A stretch of 64,000 bases of DNA, taken from NCBI GenBank assembly GCA_038322035.1, contig JBBQFO010000001.1, forward strand, positions 17,366 through 81,365, given 5' to 3'. Below are positions 48,317 through 56,402 of the stretch, in pieces. The notes below the pieces were generated by a model that made no database searches, had not been told where the DNA came from, and saw only the letters and a program-made list of their open reading frames with translations. This DNA comes from Candidatus Obscuribacterales bacterium (GTDB taxonomy: Bacteria > Cyanobacteriota > Vampirovibrionia > Obscuribacterales > Obscuribacteraceae). The position numbers and the translations under genes are program-made. Within the stretch, counting starts at the first letter, position 1. Every line of letters starts with the position of its first letter.

Positions 48317-49801
48317 CTAGGCGCCGCGCGCAAGAAGCTGGAGCACCTGCTCGACGAGAATGTGGGATATTGGTCTAACTTTGAGGAAATCGTCAGCCAA
48401 TCTGACCGCATTTGGATGACTATCGCTGACGATCACTTCGTTGAATAGAGGCTCACCGCTCAGGTCTACTGCCGTGCGCAACCGCTCCAGCGCACCATCG
48501 GGAAAGATTCCGTGCGAAGCGACGAATCGAATCTTTTTGCAGCCGGAACCGACTACACCAGCGCTTCCGTTGCGGTAGCCTACGGCCGCCTCAATGGCTG
48601 TGGTGCCGCGCCTGATCATATCGTCGAAGAGGTCGATATCGCGCCCCGCCACATCACCAAGCACGCCCAGTAATTCCGTTTCTGAGCCACTCTTGCGATC
48701 TTTGAGGGCGAAGGCGGCTTGCCAAAATAAATCACTGCTGACGCCGCGAGCTTTCAGTCCTCTATTGATGTCTTTGACCAGCGACTCGGCCCACTTGCCG
48801 CGACCGGCATCGGTGGTGCAGATCCGTCCGTTGAGGCTGTCTTTTTCTTTCACCATATCCATGATGATGCGCTTGACGGAATACACGTGACTGGTGCGTA
48901 CGCGGTCAGAGAAGTATTGAGGGATTCCTTCCGAGTGCAAGTCATTGAGTACGATGCGATTGCCCAGAGGGCAAAGGGGAATCGACGAGAGTAGACGAGC
49001 ACGATAGGCTGCTTTCACAGCTTCATGCAGTTCAGGCTTGCCGCGCTCCATCGTCGAGTAGCCAAAGTATGGAATGACGATAGTCATGCTCAAGGCATCG
49101 GCCTCGAACACTGCGTTGGCTAGGACGTACAAGTCCAGTGTCTCGGTGTGATCGATGGTACCGCCAATGATGACAACATCCCGACCGGCGACAGAATCGC
49201 CGACTGCAGTGACGATGCCGGCTTTGTCGCGGAAACACACACCGGCTTCGAAGTCAGCTAGCGCCTCAAACTGCTTCAGCATGTAGCCGTAACTTTTCGT
49301 CGCTAGAAGCACCGGTTTGCCGCGCGATTCGAACAAGTCAATGGCCGCGCGTCGGGAGATTGGTTTGGCAGCTTGTCGACGCGCCACGGGCTTGTCGTAG
49401 AATGGCATCGCCGTCGATTGCGGATCAATCTGTATAAAGCGGTTTCCCATCGCTGTCTCAGGAATTGCCGAGAGCATGCGAACCTGAACTCGCTGAAGGA
49501 AGAGTTCCTGTCTGGTTTTGCCTCTACTTTCCGGACTCACTACGGTCAGTCCAAATGCGCCCTCAACGACAACCAGACTGGCGATGTCGAAGAGCTCGAA
49601 GGTCGCATCCGCATCTGAGAAGTTGAAATTACCAACCACTACCGCTTCGTTGTACCCGATTGGTGTGACAAGTTGTTGATGAATCTCGTGATCCGGGAAT
49701 GCCTCTTGCAAGACCTCACCGCAGATGGTGCCAGGTTTGGCTAGCAATCGGGTGGCGATAGCTGCGGAGCCACCCGCTGTCAGGAAAATTATCTTTTGCA
49801 T
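48317..49801 (-). CDS. Ribose-phosphate pyrophosphokinase (Prs)-family enzyme with additional degenerate N-terminal half-domain
   Basis: ATG at 49801 with GGAGAA upstream. Residues ~190-494 carry Prs blocks 'VIPYFGYSTMERGK','NDLHSEGIPQYF','LFDDMIRRGTTAIEAA'. Residues 1-~130 look like a second, degenerate Prs N-half ('FPDHEIHQQL','ELFDIASLVV'). Confidence 0.75.
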   Translation of the reverse strand: MQKIIFLTAGGSAAIATRLLAKPGTICGEVLQEAFPDHEIHQQLVTPIGYNEAVVVGNFNFSDADATFELFDIASLVVVEGAFGLTVVSPESRGKTRQELFLQRVQVRMLSAIPETAMGNRFIQIDPQSTAMPFYDKPVARRQAAKPISRRAAIDLFESRGKPVLLATKSYGYMLKQFEALADFEAGVCFRDKAGIVTAVGDSVAGRDVVIIGGTIDHTETLDLYVLANAVFEADALSMTIVIPYFGYSTMERGKPELHEAVKAAYRARLLSSIPLCPLGNRIVLNDLHSEGIPQYFSDRVRTSHVYSVKRIIMDMVKEKDSLNGRICTTDAGRGKWAESLVKDINRGLKARGVSSDLFWQAAFALKDRKSGSETELLGVLGDVAGRDIDLFDDMIRRGTTAIEAAVGYRNGSAGVVGSGCKKIRFVASHGIFPDGALERLRTAVDLSGEPLFNEVIVSDSHPNAVRLADDFLKVRPISHILVEQVLQLLARGA

Positions 49802-49842
49802 ATTTTCTCCAGTGCTCGTGATAGGAGATAAGAGAGAAGATC

Positions 49843-51342
49843 TCACGCTTCGGATTGAAGAAAAGCGAGGCGCTCTTCTTCGCGCTTGCCGCGGTAGACG
49901 TCCATGTAGTGCTGAATAAGCGGCGACACTTCGACGCGGGTGTATTTCCCCCACGTCTCATTGGCACGCTTGCCCTGTTCGACGAGCGACTCGTTGTAGA
50001 CGATGCGGCCCTGCTTGACCAACTGAACATAGAGGGGAATGCCATCCACAACCTCGGACTTGTCGGCGATATACATCACCTCGCCAATGCCGTAGACGCG
50101 TATAGTGCCGGGGTAAGACTCTTTGCCCGGGCTGTTCGAGAACTTGATGTTCGGGTTACCGTCGGTTGCGGACCGCTTGAAGGCAGCCGACACCGTGTCA
50201 CGATGAACCTTACGCCAGAAGTAACCGCCTGCTCCCGGGAAGAGGTTGTTTGCTTCTTCTCCTGTCTGGGCAACGAAGAAATCCTCCACCTCAATGCATT
50301 TGGTTGGATTGACCTCGTCTTCGTAAACAATGGTGCGGTCAGGAGTGATGCCAGCTTTGCGCATCGCCAGAAAGTACTGAACACATTGCGCGGCGATTTC
50401 TCCAGAGTCGATGCGACCGCCCGCCTTGATCGCTTCTGGATGCGCCAGGAGCGCTTTGATGAAGTTGCGCAAGCCGATTGTTTCCGCGTCGATTAGATCG
50501 CAGAGGAGCTTGCTGTCCGGCACTCGGGTGAGCGCCAGGTCCATCATCTCGTACTCGGCTTCGGACAGCGACTTGTCGAGCCGTTGGTTTGAGCACATCA
50601 GCTCGTGCCCCAGTGTGCCAATTGACTTGAACAGATCCGGCCACATGAATTCAGCCGTGTCATTCGAAGTCAGAATCGGTTTGCCGCCTCCGCCAACGAT
50701 CATGGCGTGCAGCAAGATGATGTTGTTCAGCTCGAGCACCGCAGCGCGCAGACCGAACTCGGCAAAGTTATGCGAAGATTGGCTCATCAGGCGAGTCTTA
50801 GTCGCCTGGATGACAGGCGCGAAGTAGCGGCACATGGCCGGCTCAATCAACGTGATCAGTCCGCCAATGCCTTCAAATGACATTGCCGGCACGTTTTTGA
50901 GCATCGTCTGCCCGCCGGGGAAGCCCCAGACATCGATGTCGAGGTCGATGTTGCGGCGGCGTGGATTGCGCGCCAGGACGTCGTCCCACAGTTCATGCGG
51001 GAACGCCTTGACGTTGGCCTCGGTGCTGCACCAGTAGCGTGCGATCTCAATGTCGCCGCGCTTAAGGGGCTGATTGAACCACTGCGCAAGCATCGCTTCG
51101 TGACCGGCCATGATCAACTGGTCACCGGCACCCGGCTCGTCCAGCCCGCGCCGGAAGGTGAGATGATAGGAAGCAGGCTTGAGCGAAAAATCAACCGATG
51201 CCGCACTCATGGTGCGTTTGTAAGTGTCGGTGGCCGTGATCATGCCACCGAGAATGAACATCCGGCGGTAGAATTCAGCAATCATTTCGGCGCGTTTTGC
51301 CTTGACGGCTTTTTCTATGCGTCCATTTTTGGCTTTACTCAT
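49843..51342 (-). CDS. Type II phosphoribosyltransferase of the NAPRT/NAMPT family
   Basis: ATG at 51342 with AGGAGA upstream. Blocks 'ATDTYKRTM','FAEFGLRAAV','SIGTLGHELM'. By eye it is closer to the long (~490 aa) nicotinate PRTases than to NadV. The substrate cannot be decided from sequence alone. Confidence 0.75.
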   Translation of the reverse strand: MSKAKNGRIEKAVKAKRAEMIAEFYRRMFILGGMITATDTYKRTMSAASVDFSLKPASYHLTFRRGLDEPGAGDQLIMAGHEAMLAQWFNQPLKRGDIEIARYWCSTEANVKAFPHELWDDVLARNPRRRNIDLDIDVWGFPGGQTMLKNVPAMSFEGIGGLITLIEPAMCRYFAPVIQATKTRLMSQSSHNFAEFGLRAAVLELNNIILLHAMIVGGGGKPILTSNDTAEFMWPDLFKSIGTLGHELMCSNQRLDKSLSEAEYEMMDLALTRVPDSKLLCDLIDAETIGLRNFIKALLAHPEAIKAGGRIDSGEIAAQCVQYFLAMRKAGITPDRTIVYEDEVNPTKCIEVEDFFVAQTGEEANNLFPGAGGYFWRKVHRDTVSAAFKRSATDGNPNIKFSNSPGKESYPGTIRVYGIGEVMYIADKSEVVDGIPLYVQLVKQGRIVYNESLVEQGKRANETWGKYTRVEVSPLIQHYMDVYRGKREEERLAFLQSEA

Positions 51343-51499
51343 CACGGGTCTCCTTTGCGAAGTCCAACCAGGCACTGTGGTTCTCTGGACTTGATATGAG
51401 GACAATAGGAACGACTAGGCACCACTGGTAGTGCGGTTGCTGCTGCAACTAAACTAACGAGGCAAGGTGTGTGAAAGTCCAAAGCAGTGCGTGTTTGGT

Positions 51500-52117
51500 C
51501 TAGCGATAGAGCCGATGTCGCACAGCGATGTTGCGGCAGTGAAAATTCGGGAAGAGATAGTCGGCGGAACGAGCGCGTCCGCTTTTTATCCAACTGCGGA
51601 TCAGTGTGCTGGAGATGTCACTACCGGGGCAGTCTATGATGTTGAAACGAGCTCCTGAGGGGAGCAGTTTGGCGATGATTTGATGGTCTGCATTCGCCGA
51701 ATCTCGAGGAGCGACGAGTAACTCACTGAGTTTGAAGATCTCGTCAGCTTCCATCCAGTGATTAATTGGCTCGATATTGTCCAGCCCGACGATCAAGAAG
51801 AATTCTGCATCGTCACCATACTGCGCCTTGAGAGCACGCAGTGTGTCGACGGTGTAAGATTTGCCCGGTCTGTCGATCTCGATGCGACTGGCGCGGAAAT
51901 GCTTTGCCCCTTTCGTGGCAGCTTTGACCATGCGGAAGCGAATTTCTTTTGGAGCGACATCGTTCTTGTGTGGTGGATCTCCGTTCGGAATGAACAGCAC
52001 AAAGTCCAGATGGAACTGATCCCAAGCACATTGCGCAACTTGCATGTGCCAGAGATGGATGGGATTGAAGGTGCCCATCGAAAGACCGATTCGCAACTTC
52101 TTCTTGCGAACCCGCAT
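51500..52117 (-). CDS. nadD: Nicotinate/nicotinamide-mononucleotide adenylyltransferase
   Basis: 'GTFNPIHLWH' ((H/T)xGH motif) and C-terminal 'ISSTLIR'. ATG at 52117 with GAAAGGG upstream is preferred over the TTG at 52180. Confidence 0.85.
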   Translation of the reverse strand: MRVRKKKLRIGLSMGTFNPIHLWHMQVAQCAWDQFHLDFVLFIPNGDPPHKNDVAPKEIRFRMVKAATKGAKHFRASRIEIDRPGKSYTVDTLRALKAQYGDDAEFFLIVGLDNIEPINHWMEADEIFKLSELLVAPRDSANADHQIIAKLLPSGARFNIIDCPGSDISSTLIRSWIKSGRARSADYLFPNFHCRNIAVRHRLYR

Positions 52118-52410
52118 ATGCGCCCTTTCTGCCAGGTCTTCGCCTGGTCCAATAGCTGGCGAGCCTTTCCGTTTGCTCAAGCAGCAAGCGGAAAAAAAAC
52201 AGATTGTTACTTGAAGTGCGTCTTAGAGAGAGTCTCGTTATATTGGGTTGTTGGAGGAAAGATGTTATGAGCTTACTTAATAACAAGCAGCACAAGCAAA
52301 TATTCTGGATGATTTGTCTCAGTCCTGAACGATTAATACGCAGTGATTACTACTTAAATCTAATTCCACTCACGTTCAGCGCTAGCGGAATTCGCGTGTA
52401 ATTATTGTTT

Positions 52411-52441
52411 TCAAAAGAACGGCAAAGCATCACTGCTTTGC
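52411..52441 (-). terminator. Terminator overlapping the stop codon of the GGDEF gene
   Basis: Stem GCAAAGCA/TGCTTTGC with the TGA stop in the loop. On the minus strand it is followed by CGTTCTTTTG. Confidence 0.55.
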
Positions 52442-54079
52442 TGGCGCGGCAATCGGTCCTTTGACGACTCTATTTCGTCCAGTCTGTTTAGCGTGCAGCA
52501 AAGCACCATCAGCGGCATTAACCCAATCTCCCAATTCCATGTTTGCTGAGTCGAGCATGGCCACGCCAGCGCTGAAGCTGGAGTGAAATTTCTCATCCTG
52601 CGCTGGGTGCTCAATTTCTGCGAAATCGGTTAGTAACCTTTCCGCTAAAGCGATAACTTCTGATTCACGCAAATCTTCCACGATAATGACAAACTCTTCC
52701 CCGCCGTAGCGACCGACCAGGTCTGATTTGCGCATTCTTCTTCTGAGCAAATTTGCCAAAGAAACAATCACTCTGTCGCCGACTGGATGTCCATATTTAT
52801 CATTGATTGACTTGAAGCTATCTATATCGATGATAATCAATCCGATACTTTTTTCTGGTTGTCTTACTTTGCGTGCTAACACCATTTTTGCCATACTCAT
52901 GAATGCTGAGTGTGTCAACAGTTTTGTCAGCCCATCTCTGTGGAGAAGAGACTTTAGAAATCTCGCCCTCTCAAGTTTGGCTGCCACTGTCGATAAGAGC
53001 AATGATGGCGGCACTGGTTTGATTAAATACTCATCGCCGCCAGCTTTCGCAGCTCGAATTTTGGCGTCGATTTTGGATTCTGTCGTCACAAATATGATTG
53101 GCAACGTGGCATAAGCCTCATTTTGGCGGAGATATTTGGCAAGTTCATACCCACTCACATCAGGGAGCATTATGTCCAACATAACAAGATCTGGTTGGTG
53201 GCTTGTTAGCGCCGCATCGAAAGTTTTTTCATTGCTGCATATTTCGATATCGTATCCGGCTGCCGACAAAACCACACGCACAAATTCTGATTGATAAGGG
53301 TCATCTTCGACGTAGAGCACTCGATAATCAGGAGCTTTGGGCACTTCCAGCAAAAAACGCATACGCTCAGCTAAGTCTTCTAAAACGAAAGGTTCCTCAA
53401 AAAATCCATCTGCTCCGCAGTGAATTGCTTGCACCTTATCTAGAAATCCCGCTTGCTGACCGACGATCAAAGCGGCCTGCGCATCACTTTCCGCTAAGCT
53501 TCTGAATTTTTCAACAAGTTCATAGCCGGACCCACCATCTAGTGGAATCGATACGATTAAGCCATCGAAAGTTTTCGAAGCCATCAGTGCGGCCGCCTCG
53601 GAATAATTGAGGGCGAACTCAATTCGAGCTGCATGCTCTTTGAATAAATCGTGAAATTTTGCGCGACGATTAGGGTCATGATCTACAACCAGAATATCTC
53701 TCGATTCTGTGTCTTCATCACGACTGACTTTGCTCTTTCCTGGTACGAGTTGCTCTCCCTCGGCAAAAGCGTTGCGCGCAGATTCGACAAATTTCTGCAA
53801 TTTCTGCCCAATTGATGCTGACGCGACACCTGCACTTTCCACGCAGTTTTCACAATATTGCTCTGCTTCTTTTCCTAAACTCGTCAGCTCAGGCATTCCG
53901 TAAATACCACCTGAACCTGCCAACCAGTGGAAGTGATGCCTGATCTGCTTGATGATCACTAATGGCTCTGACTGATCGTTCATCTGCGCGATCAAACTTT
54001 CAATTTGCTGTAACCGTTCGCGAGATTGAACCAAATATCGACGCTTGAGATCGTTATAAGCATTCTGCCATTCAATCAT
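52430..54079 (-). CDS. HPt - degenerate REC - REC - GGDEF diguanylate cyclase
   Basis: HPt-like 'HHFHWLAGSGGIYG'. REC1 'DGLIVSIPLDGGSG' has Ser at the acceptor position. REC2 is canonical ('DLVMLDIMLPDVSG','LIKPV'). The GGDEF domain has 'GGEEF' with the I-site 'RKSD' five residues upstream. Confidence 0.9.
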   Translation of the reverse strand: MIEWQNAYNDLKRRYLVQSRERLQQIESLIAQMNDQSEPLVIIKQIRHHFHWLAGSGGIYGMPELTSLGKEAEQYCENCVESAGVASASIGQKLQKFVESARNAFAEGEQLVPGKSKVSRDEDTESRDILVVDHDPNRRAKFHDLFKEHAARIEFALNYSEAAALMASKTFDGLIVSIPLDGGSGYELVEKFRSLAESDAQAALIVGQQAGFLDKVQAIHCGADGFFEEPFVLEDLAERMRFLLEVPKAPDYRVLYVEDDPYQSEFVRVVLSAAGYDIEICSNEKTFDAALTSHQPDLVMLDIMLPDVSGYELAKYLRQNEAYATLPIIFVTTESKIDAKIRAAKAGGDEYLIKPVPPSLLLSTVAAKLERARFLKSLLHRDGLTKLLTHSAFMSMAKMVLARKVRQPEKSIGLIIIDIDSFKSINDKYGHPVGDRVIVSLANLLRRRMRKSDLVGRYGGEEFVIIVEDLRESEVIALAERLLTDFAEIEHPAQDEKFHSSFSAGVAMLDSANMELGDWVNAADGALLHAKQTGRNRVVKGPIAAPAKQ

Positions 54080-54274
54080 TGGAAACCTTATTAGTTCGGG
54101 GGTGTAACCATTCTACTGCATCACCCTTTTTGATCGGTAGCTTATTCACTTCGGCAAACTTTAGTTCTGACTTCCACGACTTTTACACTTGCAAGAAATA
54201 GTATTCAGGTCGTAACGAGAGACGTCAGCGGTGGTCCACAGCAGGGCTGCTAGTAATTTGTGGTGGGAAGAATT

Positions 54275-54781
54275 ATGGAATTTACAGGCATTTGGAACAC
54301 ATATATAGAACTAAGTACTACCGCCTACGAGAGCGGTCATTATGATGTGGCAGAGACGATGCTAAGAGCGGCATACAAGCAAGCACCCAAATCCAGTGAT
54401 AACGGTCACGCGCAGATGGCAATCGTGCTTGAGAATCTCGCCGAAGTTTTTGTAAAGCAGACGAGATTCGACAAAGCGGAGCGCGTCTATAAGCGCGCTC
54501 TGGGCATGCATGAACGCAACAAGCATGATGGAGAGAGGCATTCAGCTCGTGTTTGCTTTAAAATGGCGCATCTTTATTTAGTCAGCGATCGGCATGCCAT
54601 GTTTGAGAAGTGGTATCACAAAGCAATCGAATTTTCCAAGAACTCTACTATGCCCATGGAAGAAAAAGCGCAGTACATGCTCACCTTAGTGCAGTTCCTC
54701 CATAAACAGGATAACCACGATGCTGCCTGGCGTATCTATAGAGAAGTTTTGTCGCTCAGGCAAGATATGCGTCCCGCGTGA
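54275..54781 (+). CDS. Small TPR-like protein
   Basis: 'YESGHYDVAETMLRAAYK' and 'FVKQTRFDKAERVYKRALGMHE' are TPR-like pairs. ATG at 54275 is preferred to GTG at 54260. Confidence 0.55.
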   Translation: MEFTGIWNTYIELSTTAYESGHYDVAETMLRAAYKQAPKSSDNGHAQMAIVLENLAEVFVKQTRFDKAERVYKRALGMHERNKHDGERHSARVCFKMAHLYLVSDRHAMFEKWYHKAIEFSKNSTMPMEEKAQYMLTLVQFLHKQDNHDAAWRIYREVLSLRQDMRPA

Positions 54782-54827
54782 TTTTGCTCTTGCTCTTGCT
54801 TGCATCAACTAATTTAAGGATCAATAA

Positions 54828-55091
54828 ATGAGTACCATCGACCATTTGTTTCAACTGCTTCGTGAGAAAAATCAGTGTGCTTCTTATCAGCTTTTTCGAC
54901 CGGAGCGGGGCACGGTGACTCAGCTTGCAGACGGCTCCAGGGTTATGACTGATCTGAACGATTGTATGGTGCAGGTCGAATATGGCAGTGGAGTAACAGT
55001 CGTTCGGCATGCAGATTATGTTCTGGTTCAAGCAAAAGATAACGCGTTTTGGTTCGGTAATTCGCAAGGACAGTGGTATTTATTTGACTGA
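54828..55091 (+). CDS. Hypothetical small protein (87 aa)
   Basis: Beta-rich composition. The C-terminal 'FWFGNSQGQWYLFD' motif is shared with the next gene. Confidence 0.45.
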   Translation: MSTIDHLFQLLREKNQCASYQLFRPERGTVTQLADGSRVMTDLNDCMVQVEYGSGVTVVRHADYVLVQAKDNAFWFGNSQGQWYLFD

Positions 55092-55158
55092 TTCGACAAC
55101 AATTCCATTTTTGATTTCTATTATTGTCATGCCATAATTCAAAATCGGTGTTGCGTTT

Positions 55159-55569
55159 ATGTCTCAAGATAGTACAAACTTTCTAGCCGCAGTGGATTCA
55201 GCAGGCACTGTCAGGTTTGTATATACCAAGCCTGTTGGTGCTCTAACTCAAGGTAATTTCGTCCAAATTTTGCTTGATGGAACAACGGTTTTCTCAAACA
55301 AGGACGGAAAGGTCTTGAAGGTTGTCTGCAACTCGTCAGGTGTATATGAATACTTCTATGATCGCAATTCAGGTCAATTGAATGAAATCTCTTTACCGGA
55401 TCTCTCTATTTGGTCTCTAGGCGCGGCGGGGAATTGGTACCTGATAAACCAAGACAAAGTAATTGTAAAACGGCTAAATTTTAAACCTTCTGTCGATCAA
55501 GACGGCACTCTCTGGCTGCGGGAGCGTGACGGAAGTTATCGTCATTACATCAGGCGGTCTGGAAGATAA
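55159..55569 (+). CDS. Hypothetical small protein (136 aa), related to the preceding ORF
   Basis: 'IWSLGAAGNWYLINQD' parallels 'FWFGNSQGQWYLFD' of the upstream ORF. Beta-rich. Confidence 0.45.
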   Translation: MSQDSTNFLAAVDSAGTVRFVYTKPVGALTQGNFVQILLDGTTVFSNKDGKVLKVVCNSSGVYEYFYDRNSGQLNEISLPDLSIWSLGAAGNWYLINQDKVIVKRLNFKPSVDQDGTLWLRERDGSYRHYIRRSGR

Positions 55570-55590
55570 TGACCAATAAAGGAGTTGAGA

Positions 55591-56112
55591 ATGAACAAAC
55601 ATGGTTGCCGAACGCGAATTTTTGTCTTTGGTTCAATACTGAATGCGGTGCTTTGGTTTTACCCCCAAGCAACCATTGCCCAGGCCGATCAAATAACTAG
55701 TTACCGCGTTAGCGGTTGGCAGGCTGATCTGGTGCAAGGGTCACCAAACTTGAAAAATTTCTACTGGGAACCACTTACTAAAAAAAGAAGAATATTGACC
55801 ACTCGTCATACCGGCAAGCAAGCTGAAAGTTCACCATTACCACATCGCAGCATCATCTATTGCAAAACACCTTTCGCTCTGTCGAAACCAGCGAAGCTGC
55901 CCTCGAAACCTAAGCTAGACTTACCTGAGTCGACTGCCCGAACTAGCGAGGCGTCGTGCGTGCTCACCTATAAGCAGGCTGAGCGGGCCGAGGTCAGTAA
56001 TTCTGCTTTGACCGTAAACGCCAAGCTCGCGCAAAGAAGCGTTGACGCGCAAGTGATGATCAAGGGACTGTCTGCCGGCCAATCATGTTTGTCGCTAACC
56101 TCAAGAAGATAG
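55591..56112 (+). CDS. Secreted hypothetical protein
   Basis: ATG at 55591 with AAGGAG upstream. Signal peptide 'IFVFGSILNAVLWFYPQATIAQA'. Confidence 0.5.
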   Translation: MNKHGCRTRIFVFGSILNAVLWFYPQATIAQADQITSYRVSGWQADLVQGSPNLKNFYWEPLTKKRRILTTRHTGKQAESSPLPHRSIIYCKTPFALSKPAKLPSKPKLDLPESTARTSEASCVLTYKQAERAEVSNSALTVNAKLAQRSVDAQVMIKGLSAGQSCLSLTSRR

Positions 56113-56402
56113 TCCCATTAGTGTCTCGACGATATCTGCACCTTTAGTGGTGGCACTATTCTCCTCGCTGTAAAGACCTGGCGCGCTATCGCTAATGTGT
56201 TGAGATGAGCAGTGTGTGTTCGCGTTGATCGGCTTGTGCGAACTTGCATAGCACTGCTAGCGATAAAAAAATGTTCGAAGCAGTACTCTCCACAGAGCGC
56301 TAATTGGATTCTCCATGCACAATACGGTGTAGAGATTCAAGGTATGCGTAACTTCGAGTGCCGTAAACGACTAATGTGCGCAATTGGATCTGAGGAGTTT
56401 TA

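Noticed and set aside
51343-51499. Possible NAD+ riboswitch or NrtR/NiaR operator in the nadD-PRTase spacer or upstream of nadD (52118-52429).
   Set aside because: I could not recognise the nadA/pnuC-motif riboswitch architecture or a clear palindromic operator by eye. Only weak 4-5-bp hairpins are present. A covariance-model scan would be needed.
32801-52180. Calling the whole 32.8-52.2 kb stretch a prophage or integrative conjugative element.
   Set aside because: No integrase, recombinase, relaxase, capsid/terminase gene, tRNA attachment site or flanking direct repeats are visible. Only an excisionase-like HTH and a VirB6-like topology are present, so I kept the weaker wording 'possible remnant/island'.
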